DNA of 64,000 bases, taken from the NCBI GenBank assembly GCA_040954595.2, contig JBECUI020000026.1:248001-312000 (forward strand), written 5' to 3'. The position numbers and the translations under genes are program-made. This DNA is from Balanoglossus misakiensis. Taxonomy: Eukaryota; Animalia; Hemichordata. The notes under the pieces were generated by a model. It saw only the letters and a list, made by a program, of their open reading frames with translations. It was not told the DNA's origin and searched no databases. Shown here piece by piece: positions 49,168-64,000 of the stretch (the stretch's first letter is position 1; every line of letters starts with the position of its first letter).

Positions 49168-50806
49168 TGTGCCATCTCTGTGTGTACATGTATGGTATAA
49201 TTCAAATGATAACTAGAATGGTTTTCATTTTGTGAGTTGACACAGTACTGTGATAAGCTTGGTATAATCCCATAAATGATAACAATAATAGTTATGCTTT
49301 GTCAGACGACAGTACTGTGATAAGCGCACATTAAATTGGTTGGAGTGAAACAGATCTTTATTATTACACTCTTAGCAACATCTGAATGAAATGATCATAA
49401 ATAATCATCTTTAAAGTATGTTGGTTATAAGGCTATATATTTTACATATTTTAAAGAATTTTCCTTAAAAATTTGTTATGACTTATTATAAGGTATTGTG
49501 TAATGAAAAAGATATGATAATACGAGAATTCCTAAACAACAACATATTTTTGTTGAATTTGGAGGACAAATTTAACAGTGTACCAATTCAGCTCTCCCTT
49601 TGCATGCTGACTTGCTTCTGTATTCATACAAGGCAGCATTTATCCTTAACTTGATCAGATAGAAGGTCTTTTCATCCAAATGCATAGATTATGAATTATT
49701 TCTCTCAATATATTCAGTGACTACCTCCCGATGATATATATCCTCCTGAATTAGTGCTTCAAATTTTGATATTTTTCTTGATATTTTTCTTTAATTTGAC
49801 TTCAACCGTCACCATTCTCCAAGACTGTAAAAGAAGGGAGATGATGATTAACTATTATCAATTTTTTTGCCCCTTGTACTGTCTTTACAACTGGCCGTAT
49901 AAATCTGATATTTGTTTGGCATGCGAATTTTGGAATATGGATGTGTATGATCACAATTATAAGATCCTCAAAATAAAAGATCCTATCATTTCATTTGGTT
50001 AATAACCAGTTCATAGGTGAATGGAAATATAGTTACTCACTTTGAGACCTGACATGTATATATAATAATTCAAAGTATTTATTCGCATATTTTTATATTA
50101 TTCATGGTGTTATAGATCAATGGAAATTTTTCAAATTAAATTCATGTATATAAAATGTAGCAATGTAATGTCATATGTGAAACCCTTAATCTTGATATTG
50201 TAATTCATTGTAGAATATGATTATATTGTGTTATTCACTCAACTTGTGCATGTATGTTTAAGATTCATGCAAAATTACTTTTTTATACAAACTGTTCCTT
50301 TTTGTGTTGTTCGGAGGTGACAACTCATCAACAATGAAATAAGTTTGGGAAATTTTTGAACAAAGTCATGAAGTGGAAGTACTATAAATAAGTTTAATAT
50401 CTGTTTGAGTTGTCCTGCCAGAAGTCAACATTTTTAGCTTATACAAATACTGGTGCAACTACAGAACAGTTGAAGAATTTCATCATTATATTTATGTTTT
50501 AATTACAAGTATATCAATTGTACCTTTTCCTTATATTAAAAGCATATTTTTATTATAATATTTAACTGAGTTCTTTGTCTACTTTTTTAAACTGACAATT
50601 TGTCAGTCATTACCATAACCCTGGAGTGTATTTCACTGTGTCCAGAGATTCTTCTGTAGTTGTTATAATAAGACATCAAACCAGGTCCAATAATCAATAT
50701 TACTCAAGCTAAGCTAATTACCAGGTCCAGGTTCAAAAAAGAAATAAGAGAAAAACTTACAATTTCAACAGGATCATCTTGAACCACTGCTAAGTGGTAG
50801 TACTCG

Positions 50807-51247
50807 CACAGGGGGGCTGCAAACATGAAAGTTATAAAAGGCGGAGTTCCTGCATTTTCCCCCAATAAACATTAATTGATGAACAGTCTTTGTGCTTGTT
50901 TATTTTTCTGTGTTACCTCCACCTGTCTTAGCAGTTGCTAATCCAGAATACAAACTATTGCATTTCCCATTAAGCACCTGCTAACGACTTAATCTGTGTG
51001 CCCCATCCATGGATTTAGTGGATTAAGTAAACATCGGTCAGTTCTCACTTGGTAAGAGAATACCCAGTACTCGCTGACCGATGTTTACTTTATTAACTTA
51101 ATCCATGGATGGGGCACACAGATTAAGTCGTTAGCAATGGGAAATGGATAGCTTTTATTCTGGATTAGCAAATGATAAGACAGGTTGGGAAAACGCAGAA
51201 TGGAACGTACTTCGCCATTTATAACTTTCATGTTTGCAGCCCCTGTG
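50807..51247. mobile_element. Fully palindromic fold-back MITE, ~7-bp TSD (P-element-like)
   Basis: CACAGGGG..GCTGCAAACATGAAAGTTATAAA and its reverse complement at the other end. Pairing continues to the centre (~51060). Flanks gtactcg/gtactag. Confidence 0.8.
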
Positions 51248-53859
51248 GTACTAGGTGTCGGAAATCGGTAAGCACACCCTTCCAGCATGCTACACCCGTT
51301 AAGACTGACCCAAAGAGACATATTTAAGTTGAATTTGACTTAACTAACAAATTACTGTTGCAAGTCAAATCCATATTTTGACTTTATCTCTGACTGAGCG
51401 CAGCGTTGTCTGAGAGACACTCCACGTCTTCCTCTTCACAAGCAGCCCACTTCAAGTTTCAGCAACATCCATAATAGTCCTAAAGTTGAGGTGCCAGTTA
51501 AAATTAGGTTTTTGGACCAAACTGGAATAGCTGCCGAAGTTTGGTATTTCAAATGATTGTCAGGTCACCTGTTTATTATATGACTGTGAGGTTTCTAACA
51601 AAAGGGAGATGACATACAATCACAAGTGTAAATCCAATATTGAACATTACTTAAAGGGACAAATTGTTCAAATCCTCTTTTGAGCTTATTTGGTCAATTT
51701 TGTTTGATATGAAATGTGCCTATTATGCTGTTTGACTTCTTTAAACATGCTTAAATACTGGCCAATAAATAACTCCACTATGTTTGAAATTAAACCAGAT
51801 AGTACAATAATACATTCCAAATGTCATCTGTGATAACATCATGCTTTGGACTTTTTTACTTTATATATTACATAACATGTTACGGAGGGGGGAGAGAGGT
51901 GAGAAAAGGAATGTGAGAAAGGAGAAGAAAAGCAAGAGGGCGGAAATGAGAATGTCAGGATGGAAAGGGAATGAGGGGAGGACTTTGACAGAAGGGGAGG
52001 GGAGAGACCGAATAAGTGAAGGTGAGAGAGGAAGTGGTTAGACAGGAAGAAAGGGAAATTAAAGCTCAATCACCACCACCACCACCACCACAATCATCAT
52101 CATCACCATCATCATTCTGGAGGCATCGTGGCCTGTATTTGCCCATGGGCATCATGGGCCAAAAAAACTGATTCAGTGTAAATGTGCATAAACCACACTT
52201 TTGTACGAACTCCTGTAACCGGTGACGCAAGTCGTGAGTGGATTTGTGGGCGTGTCGCGACCTTTTCTGTGAACGTGATGCAGAGTGATATATTGATGAC
52301 CCCCAGCCACCCCCACACCCTTTGGTAACACACTTCTTAAACTTTCTTTACATAGAATGGACTTCTCAAACCTTCCTTACCAAAGTTCTGATTAAAGATA
52401 TCTATCTTCTAGGGTACTACCAACAGCGTTTCACGTGACTGTAGACAAGCATCAAGTACCTGTACACAGACAAGGGCGTGCGCGCGTCCACAATAATTTA
52501 AAACGAATGTTTCCACCGCCGTGTGTTTTATGCACATAAACACTGAATCAGCTTTAATATTGTCCCATGATGCCCCGTGAGTTGTCAGGGTACCAAACTG
52601 ACAATGCTGGAGAAAAAATGAAGTGTTGACATGCATGTTGTTGAGGGGTTTCACAATGCATGTTACGGACGCTGGTTTCTCTTAGCAAAAGAGTAGAGGC
52701 GTAAGGATGGGTTGATCTTGTGATTAAGAATTTTGGCAAAGAAACAGAAATTGTGTCATTTAGTTTTGTATTAAACCCTATTCGCGTATTTTGTGTTAAA
52801 GCACGAAATACTGCAATAATGAGATACGGTAGTATTTAACACATATAATATATGATATAATATAGCTTTATCAATACCAGTGAATTTTGTGACGTCATTG
52901 CTGTACATTTTTTTATCTTTTATTTAAAACGCACAATGTTACATCAACAAATCAAAAGAAGAAACGAACTGAAAACTCACATCATAGCTTCAAAATTTAT
53001 TACACTTTCTGGATGGTTGCATGATTCCTAAGGTTTGTATACCTTCAACCTCAATGTCACGCGGGAGGATTGGTGTTGGGAATGTAACGGGGAATTAAAC
53101 TCTATCGATGGGGATAACTCGCTTGGCTAATACTGAGAGGTACCTATATGGAATCGTGCTGACGTCCAGATACATCGACACGAACACTGGGTATTTATGG
53201 TAGCAACTGAGAATATAAGAATTTAATGAAATAAACCTACTCGACCACTTGCGTTCTGAGGACAAGAAGGACACAAATAGTCCGCCATCCAAAAGACCGT
53301 TCCAGCATTTTATTTTTACCCGCCAAAAGACGCGGAGATATATTTTTAGATGAATGATCCATGCATACTCTGATTGCATAGTACTTGTCTTCCTTGTGTT
53401 CCTTAAAACAATGAATGTATTGTATTTTCTTTTCTTTTCATCAGGAATGCGATAACTTTCTTAACACTTCAAAAGTTTCTTTACTCTTCAATCACTTCTG
53501 TCTCAACTTTTAAGTTTAACTTTTACTTCCAAATCTCAGGTCACAAACTCTATAGACTGCTAAACAATTTTCTTCCTAGTGTTGTATGCGCCACTTGTGA
53601 ATTATTGCGAGTGAGATTCACGGGCGTTTGAGCACAATTTATACAAAATATGTTTATCGCCATTAGAAAAACGTTCGCGTAGAATCAATGACGTCATGGT
53701 AAATTTTAGCTGCATGCTCCAATAGGGATGATAGGGAGACTACTTGTTGTAGAGCACCTGAAAATGTACGTATTTCGTCACTTCCTTTTCGCGAAATTTA
53801 ATTCTTAACGGCATCTTAGTTTTAAGATTTGTGATTCCTTTTTTCTTCAGTTGTACATT

Positions 53860-54194
53860 TGCATCACGGGATACTTCTTTGTAGACTATCGAACCTTGGC
53901 ATCTCAGACACAGTACTAACATGGTTTACATCTTACCTTCAATATAGATATCAAACTGTAATCATCGAAAACACTGCAAGTTCACAGTCACCTCTCGTAT
54001 ACGGGGTGCCACTGCCCCTCTGTTGTTCACCATTTATATAGCCCCACTTTATAGTAAACCGATTCGTCCCCACATCCTACAATTTCATCAGTACGCGGAT
54101 GATAACCAGCGATACCTCGCCTTTTCCCATCAAGATTCAACCTCTGACGTTCCTGTCTTCTAAGGATTGTTGAACTTTAATTCATGCAGTTTGT
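53860..54194 (+). pseudogene. Decayed CR1/L2-type LINE reverse transcriptase fragment
   Basis: HGILLCRL..GISDTVLTWFTSYL..RYQTV..YGVP, then (frameshifted) PLLFTIY..FHQYADDNQRYLAF. The QGS motif is deleted. Confidence 0.85.
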
Positions 54195-57100
54195 TGTTAC
54201 GGCCGGTCGTCCTCCGGACGTTTACTTCATCGGCTTCTGTGGGGAATCAGCCACGTCCGAAAGCTGACGGCGTACATTCTCTCCATCTCCTTCTCCACCC
54301 AACATATTCATAAAGTCCGAGAGAGGTACCCGGCAGATCGTAAACCTTTCGTAGACAGAGACTTGCAAGAAGTTTTCCGAGTAACACAAAGTTCTGGTTT
54401 ATTACTGGTCACACGTAAGAATTACACGACTCGATCCATGCTCGTTGACTCCCATCACGGATCTCCGGTGATAAATGTGTGATCTCAAATTTCACCACAC
54501 CTTATTAATACGTTAGTCAAGTATTAAGTCATAAAAGGAACACGTCATCTTGATATTTCTTAAACATGAACTTAGCGCGTGATATCTCTATCTCGTTCTG
54601 ACATGTATCAATTACACAATCTTGTTTACTCTGGGTCAAGTACCAATGTCAATACTGGACTAAAACCATATAAGTGAATGACTTCTTACGTAATCATAAA
54701 CAAGATCTATGATCGTTAAAACTCAATCGTGACACTTGTATTACCGCTGGTTTCTCATGATTGTTCATGCATCGGGGAATCTGTAGCGATGAGGTAACGG
54801 GCTCTGACGAGAACCGTGATCCACGGAGAAACGAATCTGATTTACGTTCATTTATTGTCCGGAATTATTATAGTACATCAAATACGCCCAGTAAAGTACA
54901 TGAGGAAGGGAACGAGCTCAGTAGCCTGAGGTACTCCCATCTCCCGTTAGATTATTCTCCCCTAACTTTGGAAACAAAGTTCTCTTATAATTACTTTTCT
55001 CAAGGCGTGGTTAACCATGTAAAATATCACAAATACATGTAGTGGCCAGTGTCGTGCCCATTAATTTTGAGTGTTTGGTGGGGTCAACCTTTGCGTCAAC
55101 ATTGATTAACCAGGCCATGCAGAGCTAGTGGCCAGTGTCGTGCCCATTAATTTTGAGTGTTTGGTGGGGTCAACCTTTGCGTCAACATTGATTAACCAGG
55201 CCATGCAGAGCTAGTGGCCAGTGTCGTGCCCATTAATTTTGAGTGTTTGGTGGGGTCAACCTTTGCGTCAACATTGATTAACCATGCCATGCAGAGCTAG
55301 TAGCCAGTGTCGTGCCCATTAATTTTGAGTGTTTGGTGGGGTCAACCTTTGCGTCAACATTGATTAACCAGGCCATGCAGAGCTAGTGGCCAGTGTCGTG
55401 CCCATTAATTTTGAGTGTTTGGTGGGGTCAACCTTTGCGTCAACATTGATTAACCAGGCCAGAGCTTAGTGGCCAGTGTCGTGCCCATCAATTTTGAGTG
55501 TTTGGTGGGGTCAACCCTTGCGTCAACCTTGATTAGCCAGGCCAGAGCTTAGTGGCCAGTGTCGCGCCCATTAATTTTGAGTGTTTGGTGGGGTCAACCC
55601 TTGCGTCAACCTGGATTAGCCAGGCCAGAGCTAGTGGCCAGTGTCGTGCCCATCAATTTTGAGTGTTTGGTGGGGTCAACCCTTGCGTCAACATTGATTA
55701 GCCAGGCCAGAGCTAGTGGCCAGTGTCGTGCCCATCAATTTTGAGTGTTTGGTGGGGTCAACCCTTGCGTCAACCTTGATTAGCCAGGCCAGAGCTAGTG
55801 GCCAGTGTCGTGCCCATCAATTATGAGTGTTTGGTGGGGTCAACCCTTGCGTCAACCTTGATTAGCCAGGCCAGAGCTTAGTGGCCAGTGTCGTGCCCAT
55901 CAATTTTGAGTGTTTGGTGGGGTCAACCCTTGCGTCAACATTGATTAGCCAGGCCAGAGCTAGTGGCCAGTGTCGTGCCCATCAATTATGAGTGTTTGGT
56001 GGGGTCAACCCTTGCGTCAACATTGATTAGCCAGGCCAGAGCTTAGTGGCCAGTGTTGCGCCCATTAATTTTGAGTGTTTGGTGGGGTCAACCCTTGCGT
56101 CAACCTTGATTAGCCAGGCCAGAGCTAGTGGCCAGTGTCGTGCCCATCAATTTTGAGTGTTTGGTGGGGTCAACCTTTGCGTCAACCTTGATTAGCCAGG
56201 CCAGAGCTAGTGGCCAGTGTCGTGCCCATCAATTTTGAGTGTTTGGTGGGGTCAACCCTTGCATCAACATTGATTAGCCAGGCCAGAGCTAGTGGCCAGT
56301 GTCGCGCCCATTAAGTTTGAGTGTTTGGTGGGGTCAACCTTTGCGTCAACCTTGATTAGCCAGGCCATGCAGAGCTAGGGGCCAGTGGCGTGCCCATCAA
56401 TTTTGAGTGTTTGGTGGGGTCAACCTTTGCGTCAACCTTGATTAGCCAGGCCATGCAGAGCTAGTGGCCAGTGTCGTGCCCATCAATTTTGAGTGTTTGG
56501 TGGGGTCAACCTTTGCGTCAACCTTGATTAGCCAGGCCATGCAGAGCTAGTGGCCAGTGTCGTGCCCATCAATTTTGAGTGTTTGGTGGGGTCAACCTTT
56601 GCGTCAACCTTGATTAGCCAGGCCATGCAGAGCTAGTGGCCAGTGTCGTGCCCATCAATTTTGAGTGTTTGGTGGGGTCAACCTTTGCGTCAACCTTGAT
56701 TAAACAGGCCATGCAGAGCTAGTGGTCAGTGTCGTGCCCATCAATTTTGAGTGTTTGGAGGGGTCAACCTTTGCGTCAACCTTGATTAACCAGGCCATGC
56801 AGAGCTAGTGGCCAGTGTCGTGCCCATCAATTTTGAGTGTTTGGTGGGGTCAACCTTTGCGTCAACATTGATTAACCAGGCCATGCAGAGCTAGTGGCCA
56901 GTGTCGTGCCCATCAATTTTGAGTGTTTGGTGGGGTCAACCTTTGCGTCAACATTGATTAACCAGGCCATGCAGAGCTACATTGTAGTGGCCAGTGTCGT
57001 GCCCATCAATTTTGAGTGTTTGGTGGGGTCAACCTTTGCGTCAACATTGATTAACCAGGCCATGCAGAGCTAGTGGCCAGTGTCGTGCCCATCAATTTTG

Positions 57101-60100
57101 AGTGTTTGGTGGGGTCAACCTTTGCGTCAACATTGATTAACCAGGCCATGCAGAGCTAGTGGCCAGTGTCGTGCCCATCAATTTTGAGTGTTTGGTGGGG
57201 TCAACCTTTGCGTCAACATTGATTAACCAGGCCATGCAGAGCTAGTGGCCAGTGTCGTGCCCATCAATTTTGAGTGTTTGGTGGGGTCAACCTTTGCGTC
57301 AACATTGATTAACCAGGCCATGCAGAGCTAGTGGCCAGTGTCGTGCCCATCAATTTTGAGTGTTTGGTGGGGTCAACCTTTGCGTCAACATTGATTAACC
57401 AGGCCATGCAGAGCTAGTGGCCAGTGTCGTGCCCATTAATTTTGAGTGTTTGGTACTGTCAACCTTTGCGTCAACATTGATTAACCAGGCCATGCAGAGC
57501 TACATGTATGTTGCCTGTAAGGCACACATCTCCAATTGGTACATTGGGCCTATCATACTGTACATGTACAACTAGGAAAATGTACTTCATCATATTTCCA
57601 TAGTCAGCAGCTTCAAGAACATGTTGCCTTCTCTATATGAATGTTTAGACTAAAAAGAAGTATAAGAAGAATAAAGTTGTCCAATTATTGTTGGCAGGGG
57701 GTGGGGATGTGTGCTCCCATACAAATGTATATGGGTATGTACTCTTTAAGAAAAACGTTCATATGCAAGAGAAAAATGGTAAATGACAAAGAAAATTTGA
57801 CTGGTATTACAATAGGTCGGGTTTTTGGCATTTACACATATTGATGTTATCAACCGGGAAGCACACTACGTCCTGAAAATAATTGGAGACCTCTCGCCCG
57901 GGGTGTCGGCCAGTGGCCACATACATTTCCAGTCCTAAACCTTGCATCAGTTCTGTGGTGCGGATTAAGAAATAAGATTGGCGCTACAATATGCCCACTT
58001 AGTTTGAAATGGATTCTGCATATATACATGTAAACACATTGAAAATGAGATATTACACATATAATCATGGGACAAGAAGGGCAAAAATTAAATTATCCAG
58101 CAGGTGTTCGAATTATGCAAATTAGAACAGTTGTCTAATATTGCCATGTCAACCACGTTGAAATTGTTTTAGGTACCCATATTAATTAAAACCGTGAAAA
58201 TGCGATATTACACACCATATAAGACAAACCAGGGAAATTTACATGTTAGAGAAGTTTGTCGGCCATTTTGGATTATGCAAATTAGAACAGTTGTCTAATA
58301 TTGCCATGTCAACCACGCTGAAATTGTTTTAGTTACCCATATTGATGAAAACCCTGCAAATGCGATTTTAGGCACCATATAAGACAAAACAGGGAAATTT
58401 ACATTTAAGAAGAGTTTGGTGGCCATTTTGGATTATGCAAATTAGAACAGCTGTCTAATATTGCCATGTCAACGACGTTGAAATTGTTTTAGGTACCCAT
58501 ATTGATGAAAACCCTGCAAATGCGATATTACACACTATTAAAGACAACCATAGTAAATTTACATGTTAGAGAAGTTTGTCGGCCATTCTAGATTATGCAA
58601 ATTAGAACAGCTGTCTAACATTGCAATGTCAACCACGTTGAAATTGTTTTAGGTACCCATATTGATGAAAACCCTTCAAATGCGATACTACACACTATTT
58701 AAGACGACCATAGGAAATTTACATGTTAGAGGAGTTTGGCGGCCATTTTGGACTATGCAAATGAGAAGAGTTGAACAAAAAATGCCATATTTGCAATGCT
58801 GTTGTCTTGTTTTGGGTGCCTATGTTAAGGCTTGAAAATGAAAGCTTATTCACCATTTTGGCACAAACAGTGGCGAGAAGGTGTTCCAATGTAACTTAGA
58901 AGAGTTGCCATATTTGCAATACAGTTATATTGTTTAAGGTATGAATGCAAATCCTGAATATTAGATTTATAACAATTTCATTGGAAAGAACATTTGTAGG
59001 TTCATCATTGACCCCATAGGACTGTCAACTCGACTACAGACAGTCTCGATGAACACAAGACATGATCCCAATTTGCAAGCTGAGTTGAAACTGACTGCTG
59101 CAGTAACTTTAGCTCTGGGAATGTCTTGTGTGATTTAAAGCAATTGATGACCAAATTTAACACAGTTTCTCTGAGGTAACCACTTAGCTTTCGTGACTGG
59201 TTGTTTAAGAATCCAAAAAACATGAATTCTACCCAATGAATTCAACCCTTAGAATTTCACAACTGTAACAGAGTTTGCAGTCATGCACAAAAGTGTGTAT
59301 CATACACATAAGAAATTTCTCACATGTATTTTTATGATGGCAATGCATTTGACTGTAAACAAACATTGACATCAGTCAGTAGCGCTATTTTGTCAGTGAA
59401 ATGGCTTCATCATCATCCCTCCAACCAAAGTTGAAACTGAGTTGCAAATATTGCACAGCTTGAAATCATAAAATGTTGCAAAATTGAACCAACAGTTCGG
59501 TCAATGATCAAGTTCTTACAGCTATTATTAGAACCAGACAATCTCAGCGAACAAGAGACATGGGCCTTATTTGCAAGTCGAGTTAGAACTGCCTTTGCCT
59601 GCCCACGGACGCCCCAGTTTCAGCAAAAATTATTGCATTAAAATGTGAGTATGGAGAACTATGCTCTGTGTTCCTTTTGTTAGCTTACATAGCTGTTGTC
59701 ATTCTAGTTTTTCCTCTGTCCTGTGAACAGAGTTTCAGTTGCGAAAACCGACAGTTCTTAAAGTACAAAAGTACACCTAAATTGCCTCGGTGATGAGCAT
59801 GCAGAATTTATCTGATGCTTTTTACTGGCAGAAGGACCCCACCAGTTGCAGATTGTCAATTCCATGGCACAAGGGAATTTACGCTTTGCGTTCAAATATA
59901 AATAATTAACACCTGTTTAATTTTTCTATATGTTCTTTAGTGATGATTCAAAAGTATTATGACTGCTAGTGTGATTAATATTCTATTTTCAAAATGTGTT
60001 TTTCTTAATGATTATGAATACATCAAAATTTATGCTTTAAAATTAAATCATTTTACCTGAAATATTGCAAATATTTGGAGGGTTGCATTTAATTTGAAGT

Positions 60101-63100
60101 TCTCGATCAAAGTTTTAGGCATAAAAAAGGTGCTACACCCCCGAAAAATTGGTAGCTATGAATTCAATTCAAAGAGTGTTGTAATGTCTGTTTTGCAACA
60201 GGGTGCCAGTTCAACAAAGCGCATGAGGATAGTAAATCACCTTTGTGAATTTTGTGCACCACAGTAAGAATTCCCTAGAAACTGCAAACTAAATTGCAAA
60301 GCAATCAGACAAAAATGGCAGTAATTGCCAAAAAAAAAAAAAAAAAAATATTGTCACTTCCATCACTGGGTTTGTTAAATTGTCATAAAATCACACCTAA
60401 AAACATGCAAACCAAATTTTAAAAAAAATGTGGGTAGAGGTTTCTGAGTATATGACGACCAAAATCACCCAAAAATATACTTCAAAAATGAAAAATAAAA
60501 TCTGTATAAAGTCTCAATAACATAAATACACACCAATTTCTAAAGCAATCTGACCAGTACCTTCTTGAGTTTCTGAGTTTAGAACAATTTCACATTGGTC
60601 CCAATGGTATATTGACATATACAAAATTGGACCTAAAGAGTAAAACACATTTCAAAGATTTTACAATTAAAGCCTCACAAGCTGCCAAATTTTACACATC
60701 TTTTTCCACAATAACATTTTTCAAATCATCCACCTATCCTTTAAAATCAGCACCATTGAGACATATTACTTGAATTTGCATGGGGTTTGTCATCTCTCTG
60801 CGATGTGTACCCTCCATATGGAGGCTGATTAAAACAGGTGTGGCGCTTGTTTAATATCTGACTTCTTTAAATTGCAACATACAGGCACATTCATTAGTCA
60901 ATAAAATGTTCATGTATACCTATCAGTCAGTTTGTTTAGATGAACAAATCTAAGATGGAAAGTAATATCATGAAAATACTGAAAGATTGGAAACTCTGAG
61001 TTTGAGTCTAAGGATAACAAGGGAACCTCTCTACTATTTGACGCACCAAAGCTATGAAAAACTTCCTTCTTTCCCTCAAATATTTTTTATGAATATGTTC
61101 TACTCCGTGATTAAAATTTCCCTTTTACCAAATGTACATATGTAAGAGACGTGATTTTTTCAGCAAAATTTCAATTGGCCTACGGTGACTTTTTACCTAC
61201 TTACCCATATTGGGTAGCATGAAACACAGAATGGCATACCAGTGGGTTAGAGATACAGCGTTTTATATTAACATGAATTAACATGAAACTAAAAATTTGA
61301 TGGTTTACTTAGGACTGCCTTGATCCATGGTAACCTCATTAAATATGTACATATCTAATTCTAGGCTATCCAGTTGCGGTAGAAACCTGGACATGGACAA
61401 CTTTGGGGTCAAAATCTTTTGACAAAATGTTGGGTGATCTTGGGTAAACTTTGACCTACATTCCTATATCTTGGCATCCGGCACAGATACATCCCTGACA
61501 CTTGGAGTGATGGAACTGCATAATGGAGTATTATGTCTCAGCTAGTCACAGTGCTTTTGCTGTGTTTTATGTCTTTTATTCAGCCAAATTAGATGTTTTT
61601 CATTACACATTGGCTGTGTTTGCCAGTACTTTTTAGCTGGTCACACTGCCTTAACACAATGTATTCTCAAAATACTCTGCAATCTTTATGAAGCATATAC
61701 AGCAGACAAAGTTGTGGTAAGACTAAACTTGCCCTTCTTTGTGATTAAAGCATGACCGGCCTGTCTTAGGTGGCCCCTACCTAGGGGCTTTACCCGTCAT
61801 TGGCTCACAGTCTGAGAAATCAGCTCTGCAGGGAAGTTAACGATGTAACCCACCATTAAAGCTTGGATTTCCGCTTTTTGTATTTGATGCCTGGCTGAGG
61901 CCTTCTTAGGATCTACCCAACGCTGAGTAGGCTATCCCGTCATTGGCACACAGTCTCAGGGAGGGAGTCAAAAGTTCAGTATACCATCAAAGCCTTTATA
62001 TTGTCCATTCTTTTTAAGAGAAGGCTGGCTGCTGTAGAAAAATGTTGATCTCAAATTTATCATGTCCAAAAAGCCAGACTTCCAGCCCTATTGGTTAGGC
62101 TGGCATTAGGTAAGTACATAATTAATGAGGCAAGACATAATACTCAATCAAATAGTTCCATCACTCCAAGTGTCAAGGTTGTATCTGCTCCGGATGCTAA
62201 AATATAGGAATGTAGGTCAAAGTTTACCCAAGATCACACAAATGTTTGTCAAAAGATTTTGACCCCGAAGTTGTCCATGTCCAGGTTTCTACTTCAGCTG
62301 AATAGCCTAGAATTAGATATGCACATATTTAACGAGGTTACCATTGCTCAGGGGGGTCTTAAATTAACCATCAAATTTTAGTTTCATATTAATGCATATT
62401 AATATAAAACACTGTATCTCTAACCCTACAGGTAAGCCTAGAATTAGGTACATGTACATGCGTAAGTTTTTGACAAGACAGTTAAGCTGTAATATATGTA
62501 CATGAACCTTGACAATTGACTTAAAATAACATAAAGGCAGAACTGATACTGATTGGAGATAGATATTACTAATGACAGTGATGTTAATTACACCAGGAAT
62601 GTTTGTCTTAGTATACGGTAGCTAACCGACTGCTTGAGGTTAAGTAATGAAAGTGCCCACTTGCGATTCACCTTCAAATAGCTACTTAGTCTTTGGTACA
62701 TGTACATTGTTTTTCCAATGATTAGACAAAGGATATACATACGTGTAATTAAGGTTGGGTAGCATTTTCAATGTAATAAGCCCTGCCTTCACTATAATCT
62801 TACACCAAATCAACACTGTTCAGTAATGTGATAGGCTTCAAAGCGACGCTAGTTACATCATAATTCCCAGCAAGGGGTATTAGTTTATTGGGCAAGTGGC
62901 ATGAGTGAGGCCAGACATTAGTTTTGGAAGCAAAGCGGACAGAACACTGCCGGGCATAGACTAGGTAGTTCTGAATAGTCATGTTTCATAAGTCAGGTCC
63001 ATGACATATGTACCGACATCTGTGATTGGTCCATCTGGTAATCTTAGGTCCACTTGAGGCACGGTGATTGGAGGGACCTTATGTGTTAGGTCTTATTATT

Positions 63101-64000
63101 ATGTATTATTCACTAGACCTTGTAGGTTAGGTCTTATTACTATGTATTATTCACTTTACAGCTCCCTGATTGGTTAATGTGTAGGTCTCCAATTTTCACT
63201 GCCTCGTTATGCAAAGTCTTTTGTCCTTCTGAATACAGTTGTCGTATTCTGTCTGGCATGCTGCCTGCGCGTTGTCGAAGCTCGATCCCAGTGTATAAAG
63301 AAAGGCACTCATATAATGATTGGATTTAACCTTTCCTTCACTATTCATGGCATTTTTTTGTGATACTGTGAACTAGATACTCGAAATAAAAATTGCCAGG
63401 AGAATTTTTTTATTTTATTTCCAGTGGCGGTTTGTTGAAATGGGCTAGTGTTTTGTTACGTAATGCTTTTCAGCGCATCACTTCGTGTAACACCTGGCTG
63501 AATACGAAGTGTGTGCTATTCATTCGAGCAAACCAAAAATATCTTACAATAGAACTGTTTAGAATAGCATTGCATTTCTTTAATTGGGATACCTCATTAG
63601 TTGCTTTACAGGTATGATTACTTTTATTGTACTTCTTTCACGAAGCTGCACCGTCATAGTTCCATTTTTATGAAAACAATATACGAATGTATAAACGGAC
63701 AACGTACTCCTTTTCACAACATCTACGTCAAAACAAATTTACTTTAAAATAGTAAAACAACAATAATAATATTGATGATGAGAAGTAGGAGGGTGATTTA
63801 AGAAAATATACAACTGTTAGCAAAAATGCTTAGATGTGTTAATCAGATTTTCAAAGTCCATCTAAAAATCATTTAATCTTTCCAGGGTGCGGTTTATGTT
63901 GGAGATAGTATCAGTCAGGCTATTTCTCAGAAAATTAATGAATGATCTGCGGACATCCCGAATAATGTGTTACCACAACGCTAGCCAGGAAGCACATGGG
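54148..64000 (+). repeat. Long direct repeat, copy 2 (runs off the window end)
   Basis: Starts cgttcctgtcttctaagg, identical to 6576 onward. Confidence 0.98.
55040..57502 (+). repeat. 86-bp minisatellite, duplicate copy
   Basis: Same unit order as 7468-9930. Confidence 0.98.

Noticed and set aside
6576-64000. LTRs of a single giant retroelement
   Set aside because: The repeat is over 9.8 kb, starts inside a LINE remnant, lacks TG..CA/PBS at its edge, and no gag/pol lies between the copies.

Overview
AT-rich, intron-containing animal genomic DNA, probably a marine invertebrate (inference). (1) 1-6575 is one end of a Polinton/Maverick-type element. It carries an intact protein-primed family-B DNA polymerase fused to an N-terminal C2H2 zinc-finger array, with a VSR-like nuclease insert. 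The gene appears spliced from four upstream mini-exons (predicted 1633 aa), and the element appears to end in a long (AGG)n/(CCT)n tract. (2) 6576-16428 is repeated almost identically at 54148-64000 (offset 47,572 bp). The second copy shows the apparent empty site, inside a decayed CR1/L2 RT fragment. (3) 10526-36686 is a 26-kb nested inverted-repeat structure: ~10-kb arms, each itself palindromic, around a 6.3-kb spacer with orphan exons. Comparing the arms exposes several MITE/HINE insertions with empty sites, within-arm homogenisation, a flip-flop signature and a conserved core with twin hairpins. (4) 40059-49167 holds 15 exons of a pentraxin-EGF-HYR-CCP-GCC2/3-EGF-TM receptor gene (SVEP1/uninflatable-like) with no visible 5' exons and one dead splice acceptor. 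There is also an 86-bp satellite, a solo LTR, Helentron-type repeats and MITEs. All comparisons were made by eye; no database searches were run.
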